Assembly: GCA_965225945.1 (NCBI GenBank)
Contig: CBDDBZ010000020.1
Location: forward strand, 32,001-96,000
Length of the DNA stretch: 64,000 nucleotides
Source: Alphaproteobacteria bacterium
GTDB taxonomy: Bacteria; Pseudomonadota; Alphaproteobacteria; GCA-2731375
Direction of reading: 5' to 3'
The translations under genes were made by a program, and so were the position numbers. Position 1 is the stretch's first letter. Each line of letters opens with the position of its first letter. Positions 50,757 through 59,908 of this stretch are shown one piece after another. The notes under the pieces are model-generated. The model was not told where the DNA came from. It was given only the letters and a program-made list of their open reading frames with translations, and did not search any database.

Positions 50757-50878
50757 CTCGAACTCTCCAATGAAATCAACGTCTTAGGTCGTCCAACCCC
50801 CCCCCCCCCCCCCCCCCCCCAACCGGGGCATTGATTCCAAAAGGGAATTTTCCCGGTTGTCCAACCCGATTCGCGGCG

Positions 50879-51856
50879 ATGAGCGCCCAGCTTGAGCACC
50901 CGCTCGACTCCGTGCCTGAGCCGGTGCGGTCGCACGGTCTGCGGGCCGCGCACGTCGCTCCGCTGGTCGGCAGGCGGGTCGGGCCGGGGAAGCAATTCTG
51001 GGCGAGGCGCGTTCCCGCGCCGCACGCGTGGGCCTATCCGTACATCGCCATGGCCGATGCCGGCGCGACCTGGGCAACGCTCACCTACGACTGCGACAAC
51101 CGCCAAGCGATGGCTTTGGGCCTGAGCGAGCTGCCGTCGTGGAACTGGTTTGCGGAGACGACACGCGGGGCGCACGTGACCTGGGCGCTGGCCGTTCCGG
51201 TCGCGAAGCACGCAGCAGCACGGGCTGCACCAGAGAGATACCTGTCGCACGTGGCCGAATATTATCATGCGGCGCTGGGTGCGGACCCAGCGTTCAATGG
51301 GCTCGGTAGGAACCCTGCGCATCCGGACGCCAAGGTGCTGTGGGGCGCGCCAAGGCCCTACACCCTCGATCAATTGGCGAGCATCTTGCCGTTCAACTGG
51401 CGGCGCCCGAAGGTGGCGACAACGGGGATTGGAAGGAACAACGACCTGTTCCGCACGGGCCTGCGCTGGGCCGGCCGGGAGGCGAACGCGGGCCTCGCCG
51501 TGTTGCCCGCCCTGCATGCCGTGAACGCGGAGGTCGCGGCGTTGCACGGCAAGCCGCCCCTGCCGGACGCAGAGGTCGCCGGCATCGCCCGGTCAATCGA
51601 ACGTTACCGCGAGAGATGGGCGCGCCAAGGCCACAAGCCGTCATGGTTGGCGAGGCAAGCGGCGCGAGGGCGCAAGGGTGGACGGCCGCGCTTGTATGAG
51701 CCCGGCCGGGAGCCATGGGTGCTGGAGGGCATCAGCCGGGCCAGCTGGTATAGACGGCGGCGTGAGACAAAAGCCAATACAGATATTCCCCCCCTCGGGG
51801 GGCCTTGCTCTCCCCCTCCGTCTGCTCTACCTGAACCAAGATCGCTGGCGAGCTGA
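50879..51856 (+). CDS. ColE2/pAL5000-type replicase (Replicase + PriCT + HTH)
   Basis: LTYDCD, GAHVTWAL, LGADPAFNG.GRNP.H, YTLDQL, GRNNDLF, PLPDAEVAGIARSI, PWVLEGISRASWYR. Confidence 0.8.
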   Translation: MSAQLEHPLDSVPEPVRSHGLRAAHVAPLVGRRVGPGKQFWARRVPAPHAWAYPYIAMADAGATWATLTYDCDNRQAMALGLSELPSWNWFAETTRGAHVTWALAVPVAKHAAARAAPERYLSHVAEYYHAALGADPAFNGLGRNPAHPDAKVLWGAPRPYTLDQLASILPFNWRRPKVATTGIGRNNDLFRTGLRWAGREANAGLAVLPALHAVNAEVAALHGKPPLPDAEVAGIARSIERYRERWARQGHKPSWLARQAARGRKGGRPRLYEPGREPWVLEGISRASWYRRRRETKANTDIPPLGGPCSPPPSALPEPRSLAS

Positions 51857-51868
51857 AGGACACAGAGC

Positions 51869-52057
51869 ATGACGGAGCGCAAGGTAATCCTGGAACTCAC
51901 GCCACGGGAGGCGCGCGCACTCGCGAGCTTGCTCGGTCAACTCCGCGCGGCGTTCGAGGGAATCGACCGTGGGGGCTACAAAGGCACGGACCCGCTGTCC
52001 GGCTTGCAAAGCCGCCTTGAGGATGCGATCCGCGCTGCGGCGGATGATGACGGCTGA
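51869..52057 (+). CDS. Small hypothetical protein
   Basis: GAAGGA RBS; co-oriented in the satellite (LELTPREARALA). Confidence 0.5.
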   Translation: MTERKVILELTPREARALASLLGQLRAAFEGIDRGGYKGTDPLSGLQSRLEDAIRAAADDDG

Positions 52058-52165
52058 CCCCCCCCCCTTATGGCACCGCCCAAATCGCCCGTGGGAGGGG
52101 CAGGATCGGGGTGGGGAGTCGCGAACTCCATGAAGACACCGGGCCATGAAGGAAGGGATCGAAGA

Positions 52166-52372
52166 ATGAAAAGAGACTGCGCAACATGCATGTTCTTTGA
52201 CGGTGACTATCCTGGATTGAAAAGCCTTGAGGGGGTTTGCCGAGCCGTGCCACCGACTGTGGTCCTTGATGAAAACCAGTGGCAAACGGGTTGGCCAACC
52301 GTCTACGTGGGTGAGTGGTGCGGTGCGTGGCAGGCTGCGGATGACAAGCGGCAATCACAATCGGCTAATTGA
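52166..52372 (+). CDS. Small Cys-rich phage-type protein
   Basis: CATC...GVCRAVPP...WPTV...WCG pattern common in phage genomes. Confidence 0.6.
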   Translation: MKRDCATCMFFDGDYPGLKSLEGVCRAVPPTVVLDENQWQTGWPTVYVGEWCGAWQAADDKRQSQSAN

Positions 52373-53849
52373 TTACCTGTCCAGCTTAACCGTCTCGCAA
52401 GGCCGTCTCGCCGGACAGGCGTTCGCCGTGCTGCCGTGGCAACGGCGGTTTGTGCGCGGCGCCTTCTCGCCGGGCATCCAGGCGGCGGCCCTGAGCATCG
52501 GCCGAGGCAACGGCAAGACCACGTTGCTCGCGGGGATCGCGGCGGCGACCCTGGATGGACCGCTCGCGGTGCCGCGTGGCGAGACCGTGATCGTGGCTTC
52601 AAGCTTCGAGCAAGCGAGAATCGGCTTTGAGCATGTTCTCGCATTCATGGGCGAGAAGCTGGACGATCACGCGCGCTGGAAAGTTTGGAATACAGCGCAA
52701 CAAGCCCGAATCGAGGATCGCAAGACAGGCGCCAGGGTGCGGTGCATCGGCTCCGATCCGCGCCGGGCGCATGGTCTGGCGCCGGTGCTGGTACTGGCCG
52801 ACGAACCGGCCCAATGGCCAGAGAGCACGGGGGAGCGGATGGTTGCGGCGCTTCGGACGGCGGCGGGCAAGCAACCGCACTCGCGCTTTGTGGCGCTCGG
52901 CACCCGGCCGGCCGATGCCGAACACTGGTTCTCAAAGTTGTTGGTTGGTGGATGCGACTATGCGCAATGCCATGCGGCGCGGGCGAGCGACCCCCCGTTT
53001 CAGCGGCGGACCTGGGCGAAGGCGAATCCCTCCCTCGCGCATATGCCGGATCTGGAGTCGGCGATCCGCACCGAGGCGAAACAAGCCCGCCAGGACCCGG
53101 CCTTGCTTGCCAGTTTCGAGGCGTTGCGGCTCAATCTCGGCACCGAGGATGCGGCGGTTTCCACGCTGCTCGACGCGGGCTTGTGGCGAGCGATCGAAGG
53201 CGTTGCCGAGCTGGACGGGCCGGCGGTTTGGGGCGTCGATTTGGGCACCAGCGCGGCACAGTCCGCGGTGGCCTGCTATCACCCTCAGACGGGCGCGCTG
53301 GCCTGTCTGGCGGCATTCCCTGCGGAGCCGACCCTTGCCGAGCGGGGCTTGCGGGATGGCGTCGGCGGGCTCTATGCCGAGTGCGCGCGGCGCGGCGAGC
53401 TGCTCACCCTGGGGCGGCATACCGTCGACGTGACGGCACTGCTACAGGCGGCGCTCGACCGATTCGGCCGGCCCGCTCGGATCGTCGCCGACCGATGGCG
53501 CGAGGCGGATTTGCGCGAGGCCCTGGAATCCGCCGGCGTGCCGCTCGCCGCGCTCGAATTTCGGGGCATGGGCTTCCGCGACGGGGCGGAAGACGTGCGC
53601 GGCTTCAGGAAGGCGTGCGCCGACCGGCGGGTGACGCCGCAACCGTCGCTCTTGCTCCGGTCGGCGATGGCTGAGGCCCGCACGGTCTCCGACCCGAGCG
53701 GCAACGCGAAGCTATCGAAGGGCTCGCAAGGCGGACGGCGGGCCCGGGCTCGCGACGATGCGGCGGCGGCGGCGATCTTAGCGGTTGCGGCTGGCATCCG
53801 GAACCGCGCCCCGCCGAAACGCCGGTGGCGATATGCCGGGATGGCGTGA
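52341..53849 (+). CDS. terL: Terminase large subunit
   Basis: Q-motif LPWQRRF, Walker A GRGNGKTT, Walker B VLVLADE, nuclease GVDLG, DRWR, DDAAAAAILA. Confidence 0.88.
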   Translation: MTSGNHNRLIDYLSSLTVSQGRLAGQAFAVLPWQRRFVRGAFSPGIQAAALSIGRGNGKTTLLAGIAAATLDGPLAVPRGETVIVASSFEQARIGFEHVLAFMGEKLDDHARWKVWNTAQQARIEDRKTGARVRCIGSDPRRAHGLAPVLVLADEPAQWPESTGERMVAALRTAAGKQPHSRFVALGTRPADAEHWFSKLLVGGCDYAQCHAARASDPPFQRRTWAKANPSLAHMPDLESAIRTEAKQARQDPALLASFEALRLNLGTEDAAVSTLLDAGLWRAIEGVAELDGPAVWGVDLGTSAAQSAVACYHPQTGALACLAAFPAEPTLAERGLRDGVGGLYAECARRGELLTLGRHTVDVTALLQAALDRFGRPARIVADRWREADLREALESAGVPLAALEFRGMGFRDGAEDVRGFRKACADRRVTPQPSLLLRSAMAEARTVSDPSGNAKLSKGSQGGRRARARDDAAAAAILAVAAGIRNRAPPKRRWRYAGMA

Positions 53850-53914
53850 GTCGGCCGCATCCGCGGTTAGAAGATCGACGCTATAATTGCCACCGGATAG
53901 TCTGACATCTCACA

Positions 53915-54409
53915 TTGGCAGGGGAAACAACCGTGAATAATTTATGGACAGCAATCTGCACCGGTGTGGTTGGAGGTGTAGCAGCCGGCCTTATTTTAGC
54001 CTTGTTTTTTTCGCTCCAAAGAAAATGCATAAGGTGGCCGGACCGTAAAGAACAGACCAAGTACCTTGCGGCGTTTATCGAAGATGCAAGGAAAAAGATA
54101 CTCGAAGTCTAAAAACTGCGGTTGCCTGATCCACCAATGCCGGCGGTGGATTCGCGCATATTCGAGGATATCCGTAGCTCTTATCATAAGAAATTTAGAG
54201 TCGAACTAACCTCGATGCTGTCTAATCGTTGCACTCGAATGACCTACGACGAAAAAGAACAAGTGAGTGAGATTTTCCTTCGGCACCATGAATTATTTCC
54301 AGTCTCTCACTTTTCGAGAGCTCAACACGTTGAGAGATTCTCAATGGCCGAGTCGATCACGTGGCTAGGTCTGAAGCCTACGAAACGTGACTTTCTCGAT
54401 ACCAAATGA
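53915..54409 (+). pseudogene. AT-rich moron with an N-terminal TM, interrupted by TAA at 54110-54112
   Basis: ORFs 53915-54112 and 54122-54409 share a frame; visibly lower GC than the flanks. Confidence 0.5.
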
Positions 54410-54699
54410 AGGGTTCTCAACATCATAGACGGCTTAGTTACAAGCGCTGGCAATCGACCCGCCACGCCGTTTTCCGCCGCGACGGCTACCGTTGCCGCGC
54501 GTGCGGCCGGGCCGGTCGACTTGAGTGCGATCACATTGTCCCGCTGCATGTCGACGCCGGGCAAAATCCCTACGACCCGGACGGTTGCCAGGCGCTTTGC
54601 CGACGATGCCATATCGAGAAAACCCGGCAGGAAAACCGCCGCGAGCCGACCCCTGCCGAGTCCGCATGGCGCGAGCTGGTAGCGGAAATGCTGGATTAA
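54406..54699 (+). CDS. Phage packaging-type HNH endonuclease
   Basis: RW...R..VFRRDGYRCRACG...ECDHIVP...CQALCRRCHIEKT. Confidence 0.85.
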   Translation: MKGSQHHRRLSYKRWQSTRHAVFRRDGYRCRACGRAGRLECDHIVPLHVDAGQNPYDPDGCQALCRRCHIEKTRQENRREPTPAESAWRELVAEMLD

Positions 54700-54823
54700 T
54701 CCTCGATATTGCGCCGCGCCGCGTAATACCGAGCAATATCAGGGGCTTATCTGGGTTTTTCGTTGACTTCTCACACTCGACACCCCCAACTAGTACTCGA
54801 TTTGTTCTTCTCCGGGGGTTCCC

Positions 54824-56110
54824 ATGACCGATGCCCAGCGCCGTCTCCGCGAGCTTCGCGACCGCCAATCGAAAGAGCGCGGCCGGATGGCCGAGCTTTC
54901 CCGCGTCGATAGCCTGACAGATGAGACTCGCGCCGAACTCGATCAGCTCGAGTCGGGCACCGCGGATTTGGAACGGCTGCTCCGTGCGGCGCGAACCGCT
55001 GTTGAGACCGAGGAGTCCGAACAGCGCGCGGCCGGCGCTGCGGCGCGGGCGCCGGAGGGCGATGCCGAGACCCGCGAGCGGGCCGAGCTGCGCGGCAAGG
55101 TGAAGCTGACCGGCTACGTCGCGGCGGCGGTCGAACAGCGCGGCGCGGACGGCGCCGAGGCCGAATACAACGCGGCGCTCGGCATCGCCGGTAACCGCTT
55201 CCCCCTGGAGCTTCTGGCGCCGCCCGAGAAACGCGCGTCGGTCGAGCAGCGCGCGACCACGGACGTTGACACCCAGACGATGCCGCGCCGCTGGTTGGAT
55301 CGGCTGTTCGCCGGCACGGCCGCGATGCGGCTTGGCATCAGCATGGAAAGCGTGCCGGTCGGGGTGGCGAGCTTCCCTGTCACCACGGCGGGCGCCAGCG
55401 CGGCCCAGCGCCAACGGTCGAGCGATGCCGCCGCCGATGCCGCCTGGACGGTCGGCGTCACCGAAATGAAACCAAAAAGAAACGCCGTCCGGTTGCTGTT
55501 CTCGATCGAGGACGCGGCGCGAATTCCGGGACTCGAAAGCGCGTTGACCCGCGATCTTCGAATGGCGCTGACCGAGGGCGTCGACCGGGCAATTTTCCTT
55601 GGCGATGCGGCCGCGACAGGCACGGACGCGGATATCGTCGGGCTAAACACGGCGGCGATCACCGAGGTTTCAGTCACACAAGCGAACAAGGTTCTTGGGC
55701 CCGGCACCCTTGCCGCCTTCACCGGGCTGGTCGATGGCGTTCATGCGAACATGCTGGGCGACCTCAACGTGGTCGCGGCGGTCGGCGCATGGCGATTGTG
55801 GGAAGACACGATCGTCAACAGCGCCGCCGACAACATGACGCTGGCCGCGTTCTTGCGGATGGCCGGGTTGTCGTGGGCGGCGCGCGGCGAGATCGAAACC
55901 GCAACCGATGACGGCGACTTTGCGGCCTTCGTCGGGCGCGGCATGGGCATCGACGGCGCGGGCGTCTCAGCGATTTGGCAAGCCGGCGAACTGGTTCGAG
56001 ATCCGTATTCAGCTGCGGCGAAGGGCGAAGTCGCGCTGACGCTAATATATCTTTGGGATTTCGCTTTGCCGCGCGCGTCCAATTTCGCCCGGATCGTCTT
56101 CGACGCCTGA
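54824..56110 (+). CDS. HK97-fold major capsid protein with an N-terminal coiled-coil (delta) domain
   Basis: Coiled-coil N-terminus; SIEDAARIPGLESALTRDLRMALTEGVDRAIFLGD; RDPYS..AKGEV; C-terminal DFALPRASNFA. Confidence 0.8.
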   Translation: MTDAQRRLRELRDRQSKERGRMAELSRVDSLTDETRAELDQLESGTADLERLLRAARTAVETEESEQRAAGAAARAPEGDAETRERAELRGKVKLTGYVAAAVEQRGADGAEAEYNAALGIAGNRFPLELLAPPEKRASVEQRATTDVDTQTMPRRWLDRLFAGTAAMRLGISMESVPVGVASFPVTTAGASAAQRQRSSDAAADAAWTVGVTEMKPKRNAVRLLFSIEDAARIPGLESALTRDLRMALTEGVDRAIFLGDAAATGTDADIVGLNTAAITEVSVTQANKVLGPGTLAAFTGLVDGVHANMLGDLNVVAAVGAWRLWEDTIVNSAADNMTLAAFLRMAGLSWAARGEIETATDDGDFAAFVGRGMGIDGAGVSAIWQAGELVRDPYSAAAKGEVALTLIYLWDFALPRASNFARIVFDA

Positions 56111-56209
56111 CGGAATAGGGTGGCGCCGTACCCCCGCCGCCGCCCTCAAGCTGGCCGGGAGCGCCCGACCTCCATCGCCCCCGGCCGGCGCCCCCTTCGG
56201 AGGCGATCG

Positions 56210-57169
56210 ATGATGGAATTTGAGCGCCGCGTTTCAGGGATCGAGCTTCGAGCCGAGGGCCGGCGGCTGTCCGGCATCGTCATGAAATACGGCGACGTTT
56301 CTCCCTCGCACCGGGAGCGGTTTGAGCCGCGCGCGATTCGGCTGGCCGAATCGGTTCACCTCGACCTGCATCATGATCCCGAGCGCGCCATCGCCTGGCA
56401 CCCCGGCGGCGGGCTCACCCTGGCCAACGGCCGCGCCGAGCTGAAAATGACGGCCGTGTTGCCGCCGATCCCTGCGGCTAATCGTGCCTTGGACGAGATC
56501 CGCGCCGGCCGCGTCGGCGGTCTGTCGGTCGAATTCCGCGCCGTGAAAGAGCGGCGGGACGGCGATATTCGGGTGATCGAGGATGCGATCCTGAGCGGCA
56601 TCGCGATCGTGAAGGCCCCGAGCTACGGCGGCTCGCGAGTCGAGGCGCGGCGGCGGTCGGGCCGGACCATGCGGGCGCGCATCCCTGCCGACCGGAGTGT
56701 CGAGTGCCGGTGCAGCGGAGCCGAGTGCAAATTCGCGAAGATGGTGAAGGAGGGCATGGAACAGGCGTTCAATTCGGCATTCCGGCAATTCGAGCGCGAG
56801 GTGATCGCCGGTTTCGGGAGCTACGACATGCCCCTTGCCTCGGCATCGTCCGGCACGCTTCGCGGGCGAATTCTCCTCAACGGCGATGGCGAGGTCGAGA
56901 TAGACCTGCCGGCCGATAGCGTCGGCGCTGCGACCCTGGCCGCGCATGAAGCCGCCGGCGTGATCGTGCGGCCCCATATCGACGCGGCGGCGGCCGAGTC
57001 GACGGTCGAGGGCGGGACCCGCGTCTATCAGACCATGCCGATTCGCGCCTTCCTCGTTTCGGCGACAGATGCCCGCGAGGGCTGGCCGGCGCCGGTGCTT
57101 ACCGCCACGCCCGAAGAGCTTGCGAGCGCCGAGGCGCCCCGAAGCCGGAGGCTCGCGCGGTGGCTGTAA
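56210..57169 (+). CDS. HK97-family prohead protease with a second degenerate protease-like domain
   Basis: LSGIVMKYG, ERFEPRA, LHHD, GGLSVEF, IAIVKAPSY; second half REVIAG...PLASASSGTLR...EIDLP. Confidence 0.8.
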   Translation: MMEFERRVSGIELRAEGRRLSGIVMKYGDVSPSHRERFEPRAIRLAESVHLDLHHDPERAIAWHPGGGLTLANGRAELKMTAVLPPIPAANRALDEIRAGRVGGLSVEFRAVKERRDGDIRVIEDAILSGIAIVKAPSYGGSRVEARRRSGRTMRARIPADRSVECRCSGAECKFAKMVKEGMEQAFNSAFRQFEREVIAGFGSYDMPLASASSGTLRGRILLNGDGEVEIDLPADSVGAATLAAHEAAGVIVRPHIDAAAAESTVEGGTRVYQTMPIRAFLVSATDAREGWPAPVLTATPEELASAEAPRSRRLARWL

Positions 57170-57471
57170 CCCTCACCGCGGCCGAGCTGGCCGAAGCTGT
57201 CGGCACCGACTCGGCGACGGCGACGCGGCTGCTGGTCGTGGCGACCGAGCTTGTGAACCGATACGCGCCGGACGCCCCGGCCGCGATCAGCAATGAAGCC
57301 GTGATCCGCACGGCCGGCTGGCTTGCGGAGCAACCGGCCGCGTCGATCACGGGCGAGACCGAAGGCGATGTTCGGACGTTCTACGCGCCGACGATGCAAT
57401 CGGCGCTTCGGCACTCCGGGGCGATGGCGCTTTTGACTTACTGGCGGGTCCGCCGGGCGGGGGCGATATGA
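57160..57471 (+). CDS. Putative head-tail connector (gp6/gp15-like)
   Basis: About 100-aa helical protein directly after the protease; ends GAMALLTYWRVRR (cf. A..LL.PYR). Confidence 0.6.
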   Translation: MAVTLTAAELAEAVGTDSATATRLLVVATELVNRYAPDAPAAISNEAVIRTAGWLAEQPAASITGETEGDVRTFYAPTMQSALRHSGAMALLTYWRVRRAGAI

Positions 57472-57926
57472 CGCGGCGGCTTGCCTTGCGGCGTTTCCCG
57501 AACGAGGTCGTTCGCCGGCGCCAGGCGCCGGGCGGCTTTAATCAATTTGGCGAATTCGAGCCGGGCCCGGTTGTGGAAACGATTTTCCCGGCACGGGTTT
57601 TGCCGCTGTTGCTTTCGGACTCGGATTTTGTCGGCGGGGTGTCCCTCGTAGAGCGCCTAAAGATTTTCGTGCCGCGCGGGATCGCGCGCCGCCGGGGCCA
57701 AGGTGACGCGCTTGCTTGGCATGGCGCCGCGCTTGCTTGGAACGGCGATCCGCTGCGATGGGGCGGCGGCGACGGGGCGCTGATCGAGGATGATTCGATT
57801 CCGTTCCTGGCCGCGTTCGAGGACCGGCAGGCCGACGTGTTGGTCTATGCGGGGATCGAGTATGTCGTGGAGGAAAGCCAGGATTGGCCGCGCTACACGC
57901 GAGCAATTGCGCTAAGGGAAACTTAA
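57468..57926 (+). CDS. Putative head closure/stopper protein
   Basis: RRQAPGGFNQFGEF...; D.LVYAGIEYVV beta pattern; position after the connector. Confidence 0.5.
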   Translation: MTRRLALRRFPNEVVRRRQAPGGFNQFGEFEPGPVVETIFPARVLPLLLSDSDFVGGVSLVERLKIFVPRGIARRRGQGDALAWHGAALAWNGDPLRWGGGDGALIEDDSIPFLAAFEDRQADVLVYAGIEYVVEESQDWPRYTRAIALRET

Positions 57927-57929
57927 ATC

Positions 57930-58988
57930 ATGCGTTGGCCATGGCAACGGGAAACCCGCGAGGCGACGGGCGGCTATACCGAGATCATATCCCGGTTGGT
58001 GGAGGCGCAGGCGGCTGGAACCACCCAGCAAGCGAGCGCCACGGCCGCCACCGAGGCCGTGGCGGGCCTGCTGTCGAGGTCCTTTGCGGCGGCGATGGTC
58101 GAGGGTCCGGGCGACGTCGCCGGGATCGTGACGCCGCGGTGTCTGGCGCAGATCGGCCGCGACTTGGTTCGCGTCGGCGAATCGCTTCACGTTATCCGAT
58201 ACATGGGCGGGCGCATGATGCTGGTGCCGGCGTCAACATGGTATTTCGAGGGCGGCGCCGACCCGGACGCATGGCTTTGCACGGCAACCGCCTACGGGCC
58301 TTCCGGCTCGTCGACATGGCGGGTGCCGCAATCGTCGGTTGTGTTCGTCACATGGGGCTCGCCGACCGCCCGGCCCTATCACGGGCTCTCGCCGTCGAGC
58401 TGGGCGGCCGACACAGCACGGCTGAACGCGAACACCGAGAAATCGCTTGCCGACGAAGCGGGCGGGCCCGTCGCCCAGCTCTTGCCGGTTCCCCAAGACG
58501 GCGGCGACGATGGCGACGAGGACCCGCTCGCCATGCTCCGCAAGGATATCCGGGACGCCAAGGGCAAGGCCCTGTTGGTCGAAACCGTCGCGAGCGGCTG
58601 GGGCGAAGGCAAAACCGCCGCGCCGCAGTCCGATTGGCAGCAACGGCGCCTGGGGCCGCAACCGACCGAGGCGATGGTGAAGCTCGCGGACTCGGCCTTC
58701 GCCAGGGTGCTCGCCGCGTGCGGGTGCTCCCCGGCGCTGTTCGACGATAGCGACGGAACGAGCAAACGAGAGGCGCTTCGCCAGTGGCACCTCGGCACCG
58801 TCCAGCCGCTCGCGCGGCAGCTGGAACATGAACTATCGACGAAATTCGAGGTCCCGGTGACGCTCCGCTTCGACCTCTACAACGTCGATCTGGCCGGCCG
58901 GGCGCAAGCGTTCCAGAAACTCGTTGCCGGCGGCGTGGCCGTGGACCAGGCGTTGGCAACGACCGGGCTGCTGGTGTTTGACGAGTGA
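57930..58988 (+). CDS. Phage portal protein (short HK97-like)
   Basis: DLVRVGESL, YHGLSP, VLAACGCSPALF, TVQPLARQLEHELSTKF, DLAGRAQAFQKLVAGG. Confidence 0.75.
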   Translation: MRWPWQRETREATGGYTEIISRLVEAQAAGTTQQASATAATEAVAGLLSRSFAAAMVEGPGDVAGIVTPRCLAQIGRDLVRVGESLHVIRYMGGRMMLVPASTWYFEGGADPDAWLCTATAYGPSGSSTWRVPQSSVVFVTWGSPTARPYHGLSPSSWAADTARLNANTEKSLADEAGGPVAQLLPVPQDGGDDGDEDPLAMLRKDIRDAKGKALLVETVASGWGEGKTAAPQSDWQQRRLGPQPTEAMVKLADSAFARVLAACGCSPALFDDSDGTSKREALRQWHLGTVQPLARQLEHELSTKFEVPVTLRFDLYNVDLAGRAQAFQKLVAGGVAVDQALATTGLLVFDE

Positions 58989-59215
58989 CCAAGTCTGCCC
59001 GGACTGCGGCCGGCCGCGCGCCCGCTCTTGATCGAGGAATAGAGTTCCGGCCGGTTTCCCACCCGGTCCGGCCGGATTAGGGTGCGGCCCGGTTTCCCCC
59101 GATTCCGGGCCGCACTCGCGTCCGGCGGCACACGAAGGGGGGGGCTGCATTTTGCGCCCCCCCCCCCCCTCGCCGGTGTCGGGGTGCCAGGTTGGCACCC
59201 TTCCCCTTTTGAACG

Positions 59216-59260
59216 AACCAAGAAAACTTGGTTGACGTATCAATATTTTTGGTTTACCAT
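59216..59260 (+). promoter_or_regulatory. Sigma70 promoter with an overlapping palindromic operator
   Basis: TTGACG (59232-59237) - 17 bp - TACCAT (59255-59260); AACCAAG-AAAA-CTTGGTT (59216-59233) overlaps the -35. Confidence 0.7.
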
Positions 59261-59285
59261 TCTTTCAGAACCAACGGAGCGCGAA

Positions 59286-59681
59286 ATGCCCAAGCGGGAC
59301 GATAGACGACTGGTTTCCGTGCCCATCGAAACCTTCAAGGCGATTCAGCAATTGCAGCGTGAGCTGGCGGCGGTCACGGGGCAGAGGGTGACTATCGGCG
59401 ACGTGGTCGCGCGTGGCGCGCAGTGCCTTTGCGATGCGCACGCGGGGCAGGCATGGCTGTCTCCCGCCGAACAGGAAAAACCTCTACGGGAGCGGGTTCG
59501 AACGGCGGTGATGTCGAATCTCATTGCTCTGCGTGAGCTGGTTCCGGGGATCGGCATCGGCGAAATCGGGTACGACGCGGAACACGATGCCGTGTTGGTG
59601 GCCGTCGAGGGCGAAGATGACCCGGTGCCCCTCTATCCCGACTCGCCGACCACTTGGGCGGCGAGGCGCCGGCTGAACTGA
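59286..59681 (+). CDS. Hypothetical protein, possible ribbon-helix-helix regulator
   Basis: GGAG RBS; LVSVPIETFKAIQQLQ...TIGDVVARG beta-alpha-alpha pattern. Confidence 0.5.
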   Translation: MPKRDDRRLVSVPIETFKAIQQLQRELAAVTGQRVTIGDVVARGAQCLCDAHAGQAWLSPAEQEKPLRERVRTAVMSNLIALRELVPGIGIGEIGYDAEHDAVLVAVEGEDDPVPLYPDSPTTWAARRRLN

Positions 59682-59698
59682 GGGATGGGCCGCGGCTG

Positions 59699-59908
59699 AT
59701 GGCGAATCAGAAAGCCACCGTCCGACAATCCGAGTTGACGCGCTACCTGAAGGCCATGCGCGACGCGGGCATCGCGGAGGGCCGGCTTGAGATTACGAAG
59801 CCTGACGGGACACGAATCGCAATCACCTCGGGCAAGGCTTCCGAGATCGCCGACGCCAGCGATGACATCGACGCGATGATCGAAAAGGTGCCGCATGCGA
59901 TACCGTAA
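59699..59908 (+). CDS. Putative excisionase/recombination directionality factor
   Basis: ATVRQSELTRYLKAMRDAG...EI.PDG; overlaps the integrase start. Confidence 0.55.
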   Translation: MANQKATVRQSELTRYLKAMRDAGIAEGRLEITKPDGTRIAITSGKASEIADASDDIDAMIEKVPHAIP

